DNA of 63,986 nt, filler included, from 5 parts of 5 records of this genome joined end to end with filler, not necessarily neighbours in it, one strand, 5' to 3'. Shown: positions 45,655-56,323, counted from the first letter of the whole stretch. The notes: generated by a model from the letters alone, not told the origin. Numbers and translations: made by a program.

Positions 45655-46527
45655 CTACTCCGGCAACACCTGCACGCTGGCGGTCATACCGGCACTGAGC
45701 AGCAGCGTGTCCGGGATCTCGTCAAACTCCACCCGTACCGGAATCCGCTGCGCCAGCCTTACCCATTCGAAGGTCGGCGCCACGGAAGGCAGTCCCTTGT
45801 CCGCCGTCACCGCGTTGCTGTTGGCGATACCGCGACCAATGCCGGTGACCTTGCCGGTCAGCGCTTTGCCGGCGCCCAGCAAATGAATACGAGCCGCATC
45901 CCCCACCTTGATCTGATGCACCTGGGTTTCCTTAAGATAGGCCTCGACCCAGAACGACTGGTCATCCACCAGTGTCACCACCGGCTGCCCGGTCTGGGCG
46001 TAATCGCCGGTATGCGCCAGCAAATGAGTGACAAAGCCGGCCACCGGAGCCTTCACTTCACTGCGAGCCAGATCCAGTTCCGCCCGTGCCAGGGCCGCTT
46101 CCGCCGCTTGCAGATCGGCCCGCGCCAAAGCCGCTTTGTTATCCGCTTCCTCCCGCTCCTCCTGGGAAATGGCTCGCCCGAGGCTGCGACGGCGGCTGGC
46201 TTCCCGGGACAGCAGATTCAGTTCCTGGCGCCGGTGCGCCACCTCGGCCCTGGCCTGATCCAGCGCCAGTTGATAACGGCGCGGGTCCACCAACAGAAGG
46301 GTTTCGCCCTCCTCCACGTACTGATTATCCACCACCTTCAGGGATTGGATCGCTCCGGACACGTCCGGGGCCACGCTCACCACCACCGCGCGCACCCGGG
46401 CATCCCGGGTCCAAACATCCTCGAAATAGTGGCGCCACAGATACCACACCGCCACCGCCGCGGCCGCCACCAGCAGCGCGGTGAACAGATAAGCGCGCCA
46501 GCGGCCGCCTTCCTTATTATTAGCCAT
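45655..46527 (-). CDS. HlyD/AaeA-type membrane fusion protein
   Basis: WTRDARVRA, VAPDVSG, APVAGFVT, FEWVRLAQRIPVR, LSAGMTASV. Confidence 0.92.
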   Translation of the reverse strand: MANNKEGGRWRAYLFTALLVAAAAVAVWYLWRHYFEDVWTRDARVRAVVVSVAPDVSGAIQSLKVVDNQYVEEGETLLLVDPRRYQLALDQARAEVAHRRQELNLLSREASRRRSLGRAISQEEREEADNKAALARADLQAAEAALARAELDLARSEVKAPVAGFVTHLLAHTGDYAQTGQPVVTLVDDQSFWVEAYLKETQVHQIKVGDAARIHLLGAGKALTGKVTGIGRGIANSNAVTADKGLPSVAPTFEWVRLAQRIPVRVEFDEIPDTLLLSAGMTASVQVLPE

Positions 46528-46738
46528 GCATACTCCCCAGCGACAGCCACGCCCCCATCACCAGGGCGAGCACGATCAAGAACACACAGAATCCGGCCAG
46601 GGCCGGATGCCATAGGTGCCGGTAGCCATCAAAACGACTGATCAGACCGTGCACCAGCAGAAACAACAGCAGGGCCAACAGCACCTGCGGCACCAAGGGC
46701 GGCAGCAACACGCCGCCCAGCTCAATCTCATACAGCAT
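46520..46738 (-). CDS. DUF1656/AaeX-type small membrane protein
   Basis: EIELGGVLLPP...YRHLWHPAL; overlaps both neighbours. Confidence 0.88.
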   Translation of the reverse strand: MLYEIELGGVLLPPLVPQVLLALLLFLLVHGLISRFDGYRHLWHPALAGFCVFLIVLALVMGAWLSLGSMHG

Positions 46739-48833
46739 GTGCTATCTCCAGCCCCCGCCAGCGGCCGGCTCCGGATCCGGCCAGGAAGAAGCCGCCATAA
46801 TTTCCGATCATATTGATCTGCATACGCAGACGCACCACCGCCCGCACCAGCCGGCGGCGCTCACCCTCGCCTTCCGCTTTGTTATAGGCTTGCTGACACT
46901 GCCTCAGTGCGCGCTCGGTGTCCGCCGACAATTGCCGCCAACGGGCCTCGTCACCGTCTCTCAATACTCTCTGAGTGTCCCGGATAAGCCGCGTCAGGGT
47001 GAACCGGATCGGATCAGGCACGCCACGCCGACACAAGGCGTCGAGAAACAGTAACCCCAGCCCCAGCGTCACCGCCGCCATGGCGCCGTGCAACAGTTCC
47101 CCGTCCTTTGCACTCTCCGGACTCAGTCGCGGCAAGGTTCGGGCAATGCGGTCATACAGCACGGTTTCCATTTCGTGACGGGGGCGGCGGCGGGACATGG
47201 GCCAGCGCCCGAGGGTGCGGCACAGATCCCGGCATAAACGGGTACGGGCGGTGGCAGCATCATCGCCGGGCCAGATCAGCAGAAATGCCAGCACTGGCAA
47301 TAACAATCCCATCGCCAGCCCGAGCACGTTATTGAACAGCGGCAGAGCCGAGAAGTCCTGTTGCGGCCCGAGATCCAGCAGGATCGGGAAAAAGATCACG
47401 GTGGCGGTCCCCATGGCCATGCTCGGCAACTGCGTCATCGCCAGGCCTGCCAGCAGATACACCGGCGCCAGCCACAGTACCAGAGCGGCGAAGCCTTCCG
47501 TGCCCGGCAGCAGAACCAGACGATAGAGCGTGGCCAATACCACCGCCAGGGACGCCCCCTTGAGGAACCCGGACACTGCCTTGAGCGGATCATCCCGGGT
47601 GGAGAACAACGCGCACACCACCCCGGTCTGGATCACCATCAAAGTGCCTTGATCCGATGGCGCGGCGCTCCAGAACCAAAGGCTCAGGGCCGCGGCAATG
47701 GCAATCGCGGTACGCCCGGCGCTGCGCAACGCCTGCCCATGATCCAGGTGCAATCGTGACGTGCCGGACCGCCACGACTGTGTCAGGGCCTGGTCGCTCA
47801 GCATGGCGTACAGCACGACACTGGAGCGCAGGCGATCGCACAGTTCGCCACAGTGTTCCAGTGCCAGTTGCAAGGCATGGAAACGTTGTTCGTTGTCGCC
47901 CACCGTCTCCTTGCGCAGACCGCGGGCCAGATCCCGGGCCTGATCGTGGAGTCCGGAGAGACACGCCCGCAGGCTCTCCGGATCCAGTTCGCCATCCAAC
48001 TCGGACATGCCGCGCAGCAATTCGTCGAGACGGTCCTGCTGATGCACCGAGGCATACCGATTGACGTAGGCTCCCAACGGACCCACCGAGGAAATCAGTG
48101 CCAGCATTTCGTGACCGAGGCGGCGGCACAGCCCGGCCCGCCGCCGCAACTGCTGGGAGTCGAACAGAGCATTCTCGCGCAGGGCTTCCAGCGCCATGCC
48201 GCTGGCGATCAATTCGCGCCGGCGCTGCTGCAGGGTGCGATTGTCCGCGCGACCGCCGGCGGTGTCCGCCACCAGTGCGATCAAATCCCGCAGTTGCTGC
48301 CGACAACGGTGCAGGTAGGCGGTGGCGGCGGAACGGGGCCAAACCAGCACACTGGCGGCGGAAGCACAGAGGATACCCAGGCCGATCTCGGTGACCCGGG
48401 CCACCGCCACGGTGAACATCTGATCCGGCTGCGACAGGGCCGGCAAACCGATGATCAACGCGGTGTAACCGGAAAGCACGAAGGCATAGGAGCGGAAGTT
48501 GCGCAGCAGATTGGCCAGGTAGGTACACAGGGCCAGCCAGGCACCAATGGCGATAAAGAACAGCAGTGGCTGCTGCGCGAACCCGCCCACCAGCAACAGT
48601 GCCATCACCGCGCCCAACACCGTGCCCACCAGTCGTGACAGCCCCTTGGCGATCACCATGCCGCCCAGCGGCTGAGCCACGATGTACACCGTCATCAGCG
48701 CCCACTGGGGCTGATCAAGCCCCAACAACAGCGCCAGATACAGTGCCAGCATGCCAGCGGCAAAGGTCCGCAGGGCGAATTGCCACTCCTTGCGCCCGGA
48801 TTCGCGTATGAACGCCGGCACCGCCAAGATCAT
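46728..48833 (-). CDS. FUSC family (AaeB/FusB-like) inner membrane efflux subunit
   Basis: FALRTFAAGMLALY, PQWALMTVYIV, RLVGTVLG, SYAFVLSGYT, RVTEIGLGI. Probable start ATG 48833. Confidence 0.92.
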   Translation of the reverse strand: MILAVPAFIRESGRKEWQFALRTFAAGMLALYLALLLGLDQPQWALMTVYIVAQPLGGMVIAKGLSRLVGTVLGAVMALLLVGGFAQQPLLFFIAIGAWLALCTYLANLLRNFRSYAFVLSGYTALIIGLPALSQPDQMFTVAVARVTEIGLGILCASAASVLVWPRSAATAYLHRCRQQLRDLIALVADTAGGRADNRTLQQRRRELIASGMALEALRENALFDSQQLRRRAGLCRRLGHEMLALISSVGPLGAYVNRYASVHQQDRLDELLRGMSELDGELDPESLRACLSGLHDQARDLARGLRKETVGDNEQRFHALQLALEHCGELCDRLRSSVVLYAMLSDQALTQSWRSGTSRLHLDHGQALRSAGRTAIAIAAALSLWFWSAAPSDQGTLMVIQTGVVCALFSTRDDPLKAVSGFLKGASLAVVLATLYRLVLLPGTEGFAALVLWLAPVYLLAGLAMTQLPSMAMGTATVIFFPILLDLGPQQDFSALPLFNNVLGLAMGLLLPVLAFLLIWPGDDAATARTRLCRDLCRTLGRWPMSRRRPRHEMETVLYDRIARTLPRLSPESAKDGELLHGAMAAVTLGLGLLFLDALCRRGVPDPIRFTLTRLIRDTQRVLRDGDEARWRQLSADTERALRQCQQAYNKAEGEGERRRLVRAVVRLRMQINMIGNYGGFFLAGSGAGRWRGLEIAHAV

Positions 48834-49001
48834 TCGCGCTTCCTCTTTCCCTGTCCTTGTTGCGGCAGTATACAACGAGGCGACGCTGGCGCTTCTACGA
48901 AGCGAAACCAACGCTAAACACTTTTACAACCCTTGTCACATCACAATGGCACACTCTCTTATAGCCCCCGCTTCCGGAGGCGCGAACCAAGGAGAGATAC
49001 C

Positions 49002-49337
49002 ATGGCAGGAAAGTTTGAACTGGATAAAGCGAGCAACGGACAATTCATCTTCCGACTGAAAGCCGCCAACGGTCAGGTCATTCTCGGCAGCGAGCAATAC
49101 ACCACCAAGGAAGCCTGCAAGAACGGCATCGAATCGGTGCAGACCAATGCCGCCAAGGACGAGCGTTATCAACGCAAGGAAGCCAAGGATGGCCGGCACT
49201 ACTTCAATCTGCTGGCCGGTAATCATCAGGTCATCGGCACCAGCCAGATGTACAAGGACACCGGTGGCATGGAAAACGGTATCGACTCGGTGAAGACCAA
49301 CGCACCGGGCGCCGCCGTGGACGATCTCACCGACTGA
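49002..49337 (+). CDS. yegP: YegP family protein (tandem DUF1508)
   Basis: Duplicated FxLxAxNxQVIxxSxxY...NGIxSVxTNA; GGAG RBS. Confidence 0.9.
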   Translation: MAGKFELDKASNGQFIFRLKAANGQVILGSEQYTTKEACKNGIESVQTNAAKDERYQRKEAKDGRHYFNLLAGNHQVIGTSQMYKDTGGMENGIDSVKTNAPGAAVDDLTD

Positions 49338-49342
49338 AGTAC

Positions 49343-49366
49343 AGGGGCGGCGGTCGCCGCCCCTTT
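49343..49366. terminator. Hairpin terminator between yegP and glnS
   Basis: AGGGGCGGCG-GT-CGCCGCCCCT followed by TT. Confidence 0.75.
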
Positions 49367-49390
49367 ATACACCCAGCGCCGTGGCCCGAT

Positions 49391-51073
49391 TCAGGCCTCG
49401 CGAGGCCAGGATTCGCGCAACCCCACGGTGCGATTGAAGATCAGACCATTCTCATCGCTGTCCGTGTCCACGCAGAAGTACCCTTCCCGCTCGAATTGGT
49501 AACGGGTTTCCGGCAACACCCCTTTCAGGCCAGGCTCCACCACGCAGTGGTCCAGCACCTGCAAGGACGCTTCATTGATGTGATCAAGAAAGTCCTCGCC
49601 CTCACCCACCCGGGTCGGCATCGGCACCTTGAACAGACGGTCGTATAAGCGCACCTGGCATGGCAACCCGAGAGGGGCGCTTACCCAGTGGATCACGCCA
49701 CGCAGTTTGCCCTGCCCTTCATCATTCTCCGGGTTCTTGCCGAGCGTGTCCGGATCATAGCTGCAGTGGACCTCGACGATCTCCCCGGCATCGTCACGCA
49801 CCACCTCCTCGGCACGCACCACATAGCCGTAGCGCAACCGCACCCGATCCCCGAGCACCAAACGCTTGTACTTCTTGTTGGCTTCCTCGCGAAAGTCCTC
49901 ACGGTCGATATAAACCTCGCGGGTCAGCGGCATTTGCCGGGTACCCATGGTTTCGTTCTGCGGGTGCACCGGCGCCTGCAGCCACTCGGTCTTGTCCTCA
50001 GGCCAGTTGCGGATCACCAGCTTGAGCGGGTTAAGCACACAGAAGGCCCGGGGCGCATGCTGATTGAGGTCGTCGCGCACCGAGTCTTCCAGAATCGACA
50101 TGTCGATCACCGAGTCCGCGCGGCTGACTCCCAGATTCTCGCAGAACCCGCGAATCGATGCCGGCGTGAAACCACGGCGGCGCAGACCGCTGAGCGTGGG
50201 CATGCGCGGATCATCCCACCCGGCCACGTGGCCTTCATCCACCAGTTGTTTGAGGCGACGCTTGCTGGTCACGGTGTAATTGAGGTTGAGCCGGGCGAAT
50301 TCGTATTGCCGGGGCTGAGCCGGCACCTCAACGTGTTCCACCAGCCAGTCATACAGGGGACGGTGATCCTCGAACTCCAAGGTACAAAGGCTGTGCGTGA
50401 TTCCCTCGATGGCGTCCGACAGCGGATGGGTAAAGTCGTACATCGGGTAGATGACCCACTTGTCACCGGTCTGGTGATGCGCTTTTTTGCGCACCCGGTA
50501 CAGGATCGGGTCACGCAGATTGATGTTGGCGCTGGCCATGTCGATCTTGGCCCGCAACACCGCCTCGCCTTCTTCGAAGCCGCCCTCCTTCATACGTTCG
50601 AACAAAGCCCGGTTCTCTTCCACGGACCGCTCCCGGTGCGGGCTGTTCTGGCCCGGCCGGTTGTAGTTGCCGCGCATTTCCGCGATTTGCTCCGGGCTCT
50701 GGGTGTCCACATAGGCCAGGCCCTTGTCGATCAATTGCAGCGCATATTGATACAGTTGATCAAAATAGCCGCTGGCGAAACGCACCGGTCCGGCCCACTG
50801 AAACCCGAGCCATTCCACGTCCCGCTGGATGGAGACGATGTACTCCTCCTCTTCCTTCTCCGGATTGGTGTCGTCGAAGCGCAGATGGCAAGCGCCACCA
50901 TAGCTTTCGGCGATACCGAAATTCAGGCAGATGGACTTGGCGTGGCCAATATGCAGGTAGCCATTGGGTTCCGGCGGGAACCGGGTGACCACCCGGCCGT
51001 CGTTTTTACCTTCGGCAAGGTCACGATCGATGATCTGTCTGATAAAATTACTGGGCGCTTTCACGTCACTCAT
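49391..51073 (-). CDS. glnS: Glutamine--tRNA ligase
   Basis: [57 protein letters not shown]. Confidence 0.98.
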   Translation of the reverse strand: MSDVKAPSNFIRQIIDRDLAEGKNDGRVVTRFPPEPNGYLHIGHAKSICLNFGIAESYGGACHLRFDDTNPEKEEEEYIVSIQRDVEWLGFQWAGPVRFASGYFDQLYQYALQLIDKGLAYVDTQSPEQIAEMRGNYNRPGQNSPHRERSVEENRALFERMKEGGFEEGEAVLRAKIDMASANINLRDPILYRVRKKAHHQTGDKWVIYPMYDFTHPLSDAIEGITHSLCTLEFEDHRPLYDWLVEHVEVPAQPRQYEFARLNLNYTVTSKRRLKQLVDEGHVAGWDDPRMPTLSGLRRRGFTPASIRGFCENLGVSRADSVIDMSILEDSVRDDLNQHAPRAFCVLNPLKLVIRNWPEDKTEWLQAPVHPQNETMGTRQMPLTREVYIDREDFREEANKKYKRLVLGDRVRLRYGYVVRAEEVVRDDAGEIVEVHCSYDPDTLGKNPENDEGQGKLRGVIHWVSAPLGLPCQVRLYDRLFKVPMPTRVGEGEDFLDHINEASLQVLDHCVVEPGLKGVLPETRYQFEREGYFCVDTDSDENGLIFNRTVGLRESWPREA

Positions 51074-51202
51074 TAAGCCGCCTGCGGCTGAAATACGGGG
51101 GGCATTAGTGTACAGTGCGCCCCTTTACAGTCAAAGACTCAGGAGCCGGTCGAAGCGCCCCCAGACGCGCCAGACCTTCCGGCTCCCACCAAGGAGAACT
51201 CC

Positions 51203-51700
51203 ATGAAAGTGGTGCTGACGACCACCTACGGCAAAATCACTCTGCAATTGGATAGCGAACGTGCGCCGAAAACCACGGAAAATTTCCTGTCTTACGTGCG
51301 GGAAGGCTTCTATGACGGCACCATTTTCCATCGCGTCATCGGCAACTTCATGATCCAGGGCGGCGGTTTCACCGCGCAAATGGAACAAAAACCGACCCAG
51401 GCGGCGATCGAGAACGAAGCCGCCAATGGCCTCTCCAACGAAATCGGCACCATCGCCATGGCGCGCACCTCCGACCCGCACTCCGCCACCGCTCAGTTTT
51501 TCATCAATGTGGCGGACAACCACTTTCTGGACCAGGCCCGCTCCCCGGACGGCTGGGGCTACGCCGTGTTCGGCAAGGTAGTGGAAGGCATGGAAACCGT
51601 GGAAAAGATCAAGGAAGTGCCCACTGGCCGCAGCGGTTTCCATCAGGACGTGCCGCAGGATCCGGTGCTGATCGAATCCGCCCAGATCATCGAGGACTGA
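51203..51700 (+). CDS. ppiB: Cytoplasmic cyclophilin peptidyl-prolyl isomerase
   Basis: [45 protein letters not shown]. Confidence 0.93.
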   Translation: MKVVLTTTYGKITLQLDSERAPKTTENFLSYVREGFYDGTIFHRVIGNFMIQGGGFTAQMEQKPTQAAIENEAANGLSNEIGTIAMARTSDPHSATAQFFINVADNHFLDQARSPDGWGYAVFGKVVEGMETVEKIKEVPTGRSGFHQDVPQDPVLIESAQIIED

Positions 51701-51703
51701 TCC

Positions 51704-52294
51704 ATGCGCCTGCTGATCGCTCTGTCCGCCCTGCTGATAAGCTCCCTGACCTGGGCCGCCAACCCTCAGGTGCGCCTGCAGACCTCCATGGGTAACATCA
51801 CCATCGAGCTGTTCCCGGAACAGGCGCCCGAAACGGTGGAGAACATTCTGCGCTATGTGGACGAGGGCTTCTACGACGGCACCGTGTTTCACCGCGTGGT
51901 ACCGGGATTCGTGATCCAGGGCGGCGGTTTTGACCGCGATCTGCAGCAGAAGAAAACCCACGCTCCGATCAAGAATGAAGCCGACAACGGTCTGAAGAAT
52001 GAGCGCGGCACCCTGTCCATGGCCCGCACCTCCAACCCCGATTCCGGTACCTCCCAGTTCTTCGTCAACCTGAAGGACAACGCCATGCTCGATCACACCG
52101 CTCCGACCCCGCGCGGCTGGGGTTACGCGGTGTTCGGCAAGGTGGTGGACGGCATGGACACAGTGGACCGGATCGCCAAGGTGCGCACCGGCGTCGGCCG
52201 TCTCAACGGCGCCCACAGCGTCCGCGACGTGCCCAGCACGCCGGTGATCATCGAGCGGGCGGTACGCCTGGATGAAGACGGCCAGGCTGACTGA
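51704..52294 (+). CDS. ppiA: Periplasmic cyclophilin peptidyl-prolyl isomerase
   Basis: Signal peptide plus [32 protein letters not shown]. Confidence 0.85.
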   Translation: MRLLIALSALLISSLTWAANPQVRLQTSMGNITIELFPEQAPETVENILRYVDEGFYDGTVFHRVVPGFVIQGGGFDRDLQQKKTHAPIKNEADNGLKNERGTLSMARTSNPDSGTSQFFVNLKDNAMLDHTAPTPRGWGYAVFGKVVDGMDTVDRIAKVRTGVGRLNGAHSVRDVPSTPVIIERAVRLDEDGQAD

Positions 52295-52299
52295 GTATC

Positions 52300-53031
52300 A
52301 TGAGCTATACGCTGTTTATCTCCGATCTGCATCTGGATCCGGCGCGGCCGGAACATCTGGCCGCCTTGGAACGCTTGCTGGAGGAGCACGCCGGCAAGAC
52401 CGACGCTCTGTATGTGCTCGGTGATCTGTTCGAGGCCTGGATCGGCGACGACGACGATGCCCCCTTCAACCGCCAGGCCATCGACGCCTTCCGTCGCTTC
52501 AGTGACGCCGGCAGCGCCCTCTATTTCATGCACGGTAATCGCGATTTCCTGCTCGGCGAACAATTCGCCGCCCAGTGTGGTGGCCAGTTGCTGGATGAAG
52601 GCACCGTGGTGGATTTGTACGGAACCCGCGCTCTGCTCATGCACGGCGACAGCCTGTGTACCCTGGATACCGCCTATCAGCAGTTCCGCGCGCTGGCTCG
52701 CAATCCGCAATGGCAGCAGGCAATGCTGGCGAAGCCTCTGGAAGAACGCCGCGCCATCGCCCAGGGCATGCGCATGCAGAGCCAGGGCAACAACGCCAAC
52801 AAAGCCGAGAACATCATGGACGTGACCCCGGAGGAAGTGGTCCGGGTAATGAATGAGGCCGGCGTCAAACACCTGATCCATGGCCACACCCACCGCCCCG
52901 CGGTCCATGAGGTTCCCCTCTCCGGCGGCACCGGCACCCGTTGGGTACTCGGCGACTGGGGCGATCTGAGCTGGTGGATCATTGCCGATGATCAGGGATT
53001 GCGGCTGGAAAGCAAGGAAATTAGTGAATAG
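52300..53031 (+). CDS. lpxH: UDP-2,3-diacylglucosamine diphosphatase
   Basis: FISDLHL, LGDLFEAWIGDD, HGNRDFL, HGDSLCT, IHGHTHRP, LGDW. Confidence 0.96.
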   Translation: MSYTLFISDLHLDPARPEHLAALERLLEEHAGKTDALYVLGDLFEAWIGDDDDAPFNRQAIDAFRRFSDAGSALYFMHGNRDFLLGEQFAAQCGGQLLDEGTVVDLYGTRALLMHGDSLCTLDTAYQQFRALARNPQWQQAMLAKPLEERRAIAQGMRMQSQGNNANKAENIMDVTPEEVVRVMNEAGVKHLIHGHTHRPAVHEVPLSGGTGTRWVLGDWGDLSWWIIADDQGLRLESKEISE

Positions 53032-53133
53032 TTAACAGTGAATAATGAATAATTCGCGGGAACACGCGGAGGTAATTTCAAGCCGCCGTGCCCGCGCTTT
53101 TCGCTGTTAACTATTAACCATTCACTGTTAACT
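53023..53133. repeat. Heptamer-tandem inverted-repeat element, copy C
   Basis: Left arm AGTGAAT AGTTAAC AGTGAAT AATGAAT. Right arm (minus) AGTTAAC AGTGAAT GGTTAAT AGTTAAC AGCGAAA. Inner CGCGGG...CCCGCG stem. Confidence 0.85.
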
Positions 53134-53736
53134 GCTCCTCGGTGTGCCGGAATGAAAGCGAAAGACCTCGTCCGGCTCCTCGATTAACGCCCTTTCCTTC
53201 TCCTTAAAGAACGCCACCCGGTCCTCGATGTCCGTATCGCTGTAGCGCCGGGCGAGGTCGAGGTAATCCTCGAAATGACGGGATTCGCTTTTCAGCAGGT
53301 AGCGATAGTAGCGGCCCAGCTCCTCGTCCACATGGGGGGCCAGCGCGGCGAAACGCTCGCAGGAGCGGGCCTCGATCAGGGCGCCGATGATCAGGGTGTC
53401 CACCAGCCGCCCGGGCTCACTGGTGCGCACATGGCGGCGCAGCCCCTGAGCGTAGCGTGACGGCGACAGATGGTCATAACGCACGCCGCGCTCGCGCATC
53501 ATTTTCACCACCTGTTCAAAATGCAGTAGTTCTTCCCTGGCCAGTTGACTCAAGGCATCCAGCAATTCTGGCCGGTCCACATAGCGGAACATCAGGTTGA
53601 GCGCCGTGGAAGCCGCCTTTTTCTCACAGTGAGCGTGGTCGATCATCAACAGATCGGGGTTTTCCAGCGCCCAGTCGATCCAGGCCCGGGGCGTGGCACA
53701 CGGCAAAAAGGCTTGCAGGGCGGATATGTCGGTCAT
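53128..53736 (-). CDS. miaE: tRNA-(ms2io6A37) hydroxylase
   Basis: DHAHCEKKAA, AREELLHF, IEARSCERF, SESRHFEDY, FRFHSG. Start ATG 53736 after GAGG. Confidence 0.95.
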   Translation of the reverse strand: MTDISALQAFLPCATPRAWIDWALENPDLLMIDHAHCEKKAASTALNLMFRYVDRPELLDALSQLAREELLHFEQVVKMMRERGVRYDHLSPSRYAQGLRRHVRTSEPGRLVDTLIIGALIEARSCERFAALAPHVDEELGRYYRYLLKSESRHFEDYLDLARRYSDTDIEDRVAFFKEKERALIEEPDEVFRFHSGTPRSS

Positions 53737-53849
53737 GGCGTCCTCGTTTGGTCCGGCGGCGATTATAGCGGCACGCCGGCACCATCGTCTCCATGGCCGA
53801 CGGCCATTCCCTCTGGCGTCCCGCGCCCAGCGCCGTATACTTGCCCGCC

Positions 53850-54752
53850 ATGGGACGTCGAACCAATCCACGCATACAAAAACTGAAAGGGAGTCTGGTG
53901 GTGGCCGGATTGCGCCTGCTTGGCCTGCTGCCCTTCAGACTGAACCGGGCGCTTGCCACCGCCGTGGGCCGCCTGCTCGCCGCCCTGCCCAGCGAGGCCC
54001 GGCGCGTCACCCGCATCAATTTATCACTGTGTCTGCCTAACCAGCCGAACCCGGATCAACTGGTCAGGGACTCCCTGGTGGAAACGGTGAAGAACACGTT
54101 TGAGATCGCCCTGTTCTGGCGCCGCCCGGAGGAAGGCCTGGACCGGGTGGTGTCGGTGGATGGCGACGGCCCGCTGCGTGAAGCGGTGGACGCCGGTCAG
54201 CCGGTATTGATCCTGGCACCGCACATCGGCTGCTGGGAGGTGCTGAATTTCTGGCTGGCACGGGATTTCCCGCTACATGTGATGTTCGCTCCTTCCGGCA
54301 TGGCCGAGGTGGACGATCTGATCAAGCGGGGCCGTGAGCATTTCGGCTCCACCATGTACCCGGCCAGCGCCCGTGGCGTCGCCGGTCTGGTGCGGGCCAT
54401 GCGCAAGGGAGCAATGACCGCGATTCTGCCGGATCAGGTGGCGGACCGCCGTAGCGGCCGATTCGCTCCGTTTTTCGGCCAGCCCGCCTACACCGGCACG
54501 CTCAGTTGCAAGCTGGTGCAACAGACCGGTGCCCGGGTGTTCATGGCCTGGGCCCGCCGTCTGCCCGGCGCCGGCGGCTTCGAGATCCGCGTGCGCCCGG
54601 CCCACCAGGACATTCACGACAGCGATCTGGATCACGCGCTGAAGGCCATGAACCAGTCCATCGAAGCGCTGATTCTGGAGGAACCATCCCAGTATCTGTG
54701 GAGCTACAAGCGCTTTCGCCGCCAACCTCCCGGTGGCACTCTGCCGTACTAG
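53850..54752 (+). CDS. Lipid A biosynthesis lauroyl-type (LpxL/HtrB family) acyltransferase
   Basis: PHIGCWE (HxxxxE/D), ILPDQ, FAPFFG, QYLWSYKRFR. Confidence 0.88.
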   Translation: MGRRTNPRIQKLKGSLVVAGLRLLGLLPFRLNRALATAVGRLLAALPSEARRVTRINLSLCLPNQPNPDQLVRDSLVETVKNTFEIALFWRRPEEGLDRVVSVDGDGPLREAVDAGQPVLILAPHIGCWEVLNFWLARDFPLHVMFAPSGMAEVDDLIKRGREHFGSTMYPASARGVAGLVRAMRKGAMTAILPDQVADRRSGRFAPFFGQPAYTGTLSCKLVQQTGARVFMAWARRLPGAGGFEIRVRPAHQDIHDSDLDHALKAMNQSIEALILEEPSQYLWSYKRFRRQPPGGTLPY

Positions 54753-54764
54753 GGCCGGTTCACA

Positions 54765-55343
54765 CTACTTGCGCCCCGCCTCCAACGCCGCTGCCGATGC
54801 GGCCCGCCGCAGGCCACGGGCCAGATCGGCATCGTCGGTGGCGCGGGACAGTACCAGGGCACCCACCAAGGTCGACAGCACCGCCATGGCCCGTTCCTCG
54901 CGCTGCTCCTCGTCATCGCCGTCGCACAACTCGGCCACGAAGCCCAGGAAGGTCCTCAGGTTATCGGTGAACGCCTCTTTCAATGCCTCCGGCTGGCGGG
55001 CCGTGTCCACCGCCAGCGCCGCCAGAGCGCAGCCATCTTCCGGGTGTTGTTGGTGATAGCGCGACAGATAACCGCCGATAAGATTCTGCAAAGCCTGTTG
55101 CCGGGGTTGCTCCGCCAACGGCCGCCAGCGCTCCAGGTTGTGCTGCTGGGCCCGGCTCAAAGCCCGCACCGCCAGATCCAGCTTTGACTCGAACTGCCCG
55201 TAGAATCCGCCCCGGGTCAGCCCCGCGGCCTGCATCAGATCGTTCAGGCCCACACCGTCAAATCCTTTCTCTCGAAACAAACGCCCCGCCGTTTCAATAA
55301 CCCGCTCACGGTTCTCTTCGGCCTGAGCCCGGGTGACCCTCAT
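54765..55343 (-). CDS. TetR/AcrR family transcriptional regulator
   Basis: N-terminal HTH LFREKGFDGVGLNDLMQAAGLTRGGFYGQFESK; DGCALAAL. Confidence 0.93.
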   Translation of the reverse strand: MRVTRAQAEENRERVIETAGRLFREKGFDGVGLNDLMQAAGLTRGGFYGQFESKLDLAVRALSRAQQHNLERWRPLAEQPRQQALQNLIGGYLSRYHQQHPEDGCALAALAVDTARQPEALKEAFTDNLRTFLGFVAELCDGDDEEQREERAMAVLSTLVGALVLSRATDDADLARGLRRAASAAALEAGRK

Positions 55344-55399
55344 GATTCATCCTCCTTGCCAAGGAGCGGCAATCGCTCCGGCCATCAGTCTGAAAGTGC

Positions 55400-55455
55400 T
55401 TGACGAATTTTAAATGATGAGCGACATTTAATCAAACATGTCACCCATCATTTAA
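55400..55455. promoter_or_regulatory. Divergent promoter with two tandem palindromic operators (probable TetR sites)
   Basis: TTGACG (-35-like) at 55400; TTAAATG-N8-CATTTAA at 55410-55431; AAACATG-N8-CATTTAA at 55434-55455. Confidence 0.65.
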
Positions 55456-55492
55456 CCGGCTCGTCAATCCGAGCCCTTTTCAAGGAGGCCCC

Positions 55493-56323
55493 ATGCCCTC
55501 TCCACAACAGTCGAAGTCCATACCGCCCGCCCTCATCAACGCCTTCGCGGTGCCGGAGCGTCCGCCCTTGATGCCCCAGGAACAGGAACGGCTAGACAGC
55601 GCCGAGAAAAACACTCACTCCACCGCCATGGGTACCCTGGTGAGCTGGACCTTCGGCGTCGGCCCCCGGGTGGTTCTGGTCCACGGATGGAGCAGCCGCG
55701 CCGCGCACATGCTGGGTTTCGTCGATCCGCTGCTCGCCGCCGGATACAGTGTCACGCTGTTCGACGGCCCGGCCCACGGCGAAGCCACTGGCGAACGGGC
55801 CAGCGTGGTGCACATGGGGGAAGCACTGCTGGCCCTGACCCGGGAATGGGCACCCGTGCATGGCGTACTCGCCCATTCAGTAGGCTCCGCCGCCGCCCTG
55901 TGGGCGTTTCATCGTGGTCTGAGCGTTCACGCCAGTGTCCATCTGGGCGGCCCGGTCTCGTTGTCGGCAATGGTGCGACAGCTGGCCATTGGTGTGGGGC
56001 TGGACCGGGCGAGCACCGCCGCTTTCGAGAAATGGGTGGAGGACTTCATCGGTCATCCGCTGGCGGCGTTGGATCTTGACGTCTTGAAGGATGGCCTGCG
56101 TCACCCCGGATTGATCGTGCATGACCCGGAAGATGACACCGTGCCATTCAGCGCCGCCGACACCCTTCATCGAAACTGGCCGCAATCCGAGCTGATCCGC
56201 GCCGGCGGGCTGGGGCATCGGCGGCTGCTACGGGATCCAGCGATGATCGGGCTTTGTAGCGACTTCATTGCTGCCGCCGGCGCCCAGGAAATGACGCGGG
56301 CAAACGTGGGAGGCGAGGCGTGA
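55493..56323 (+). CDS. Alpha/beta fold hydrolase
   Basis: VHGW, DGPAHG, AHSVG nucleophile motif, HDPEDDTVP, GLGHRRLL. Confidence 0.9.
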   Translation: MPSPQQSKSIPPALINAFAVPERPPLMPQEQERLDSAEKNTHSTAMGTLVSWTFGVGPRVVLVHGWSSRAAHMLGFVDPLLAAGYSVTLFDGPAHGEATGERASVVHMGEALLALTREWAPVHGVLAHSVGSAAALWAFHRGLSVHASVHLGGPVSLSAMVRQLAIGVGLDRASTAAFEKWVEDFIGHPLAALDLDVLKDGLRHPGLIVHDPEDDTVPFSAADTLHRNWPQSELIRAGGLGHRRLLRDPAMIGLCSDFIAAAGAQEMTRANVGGEA

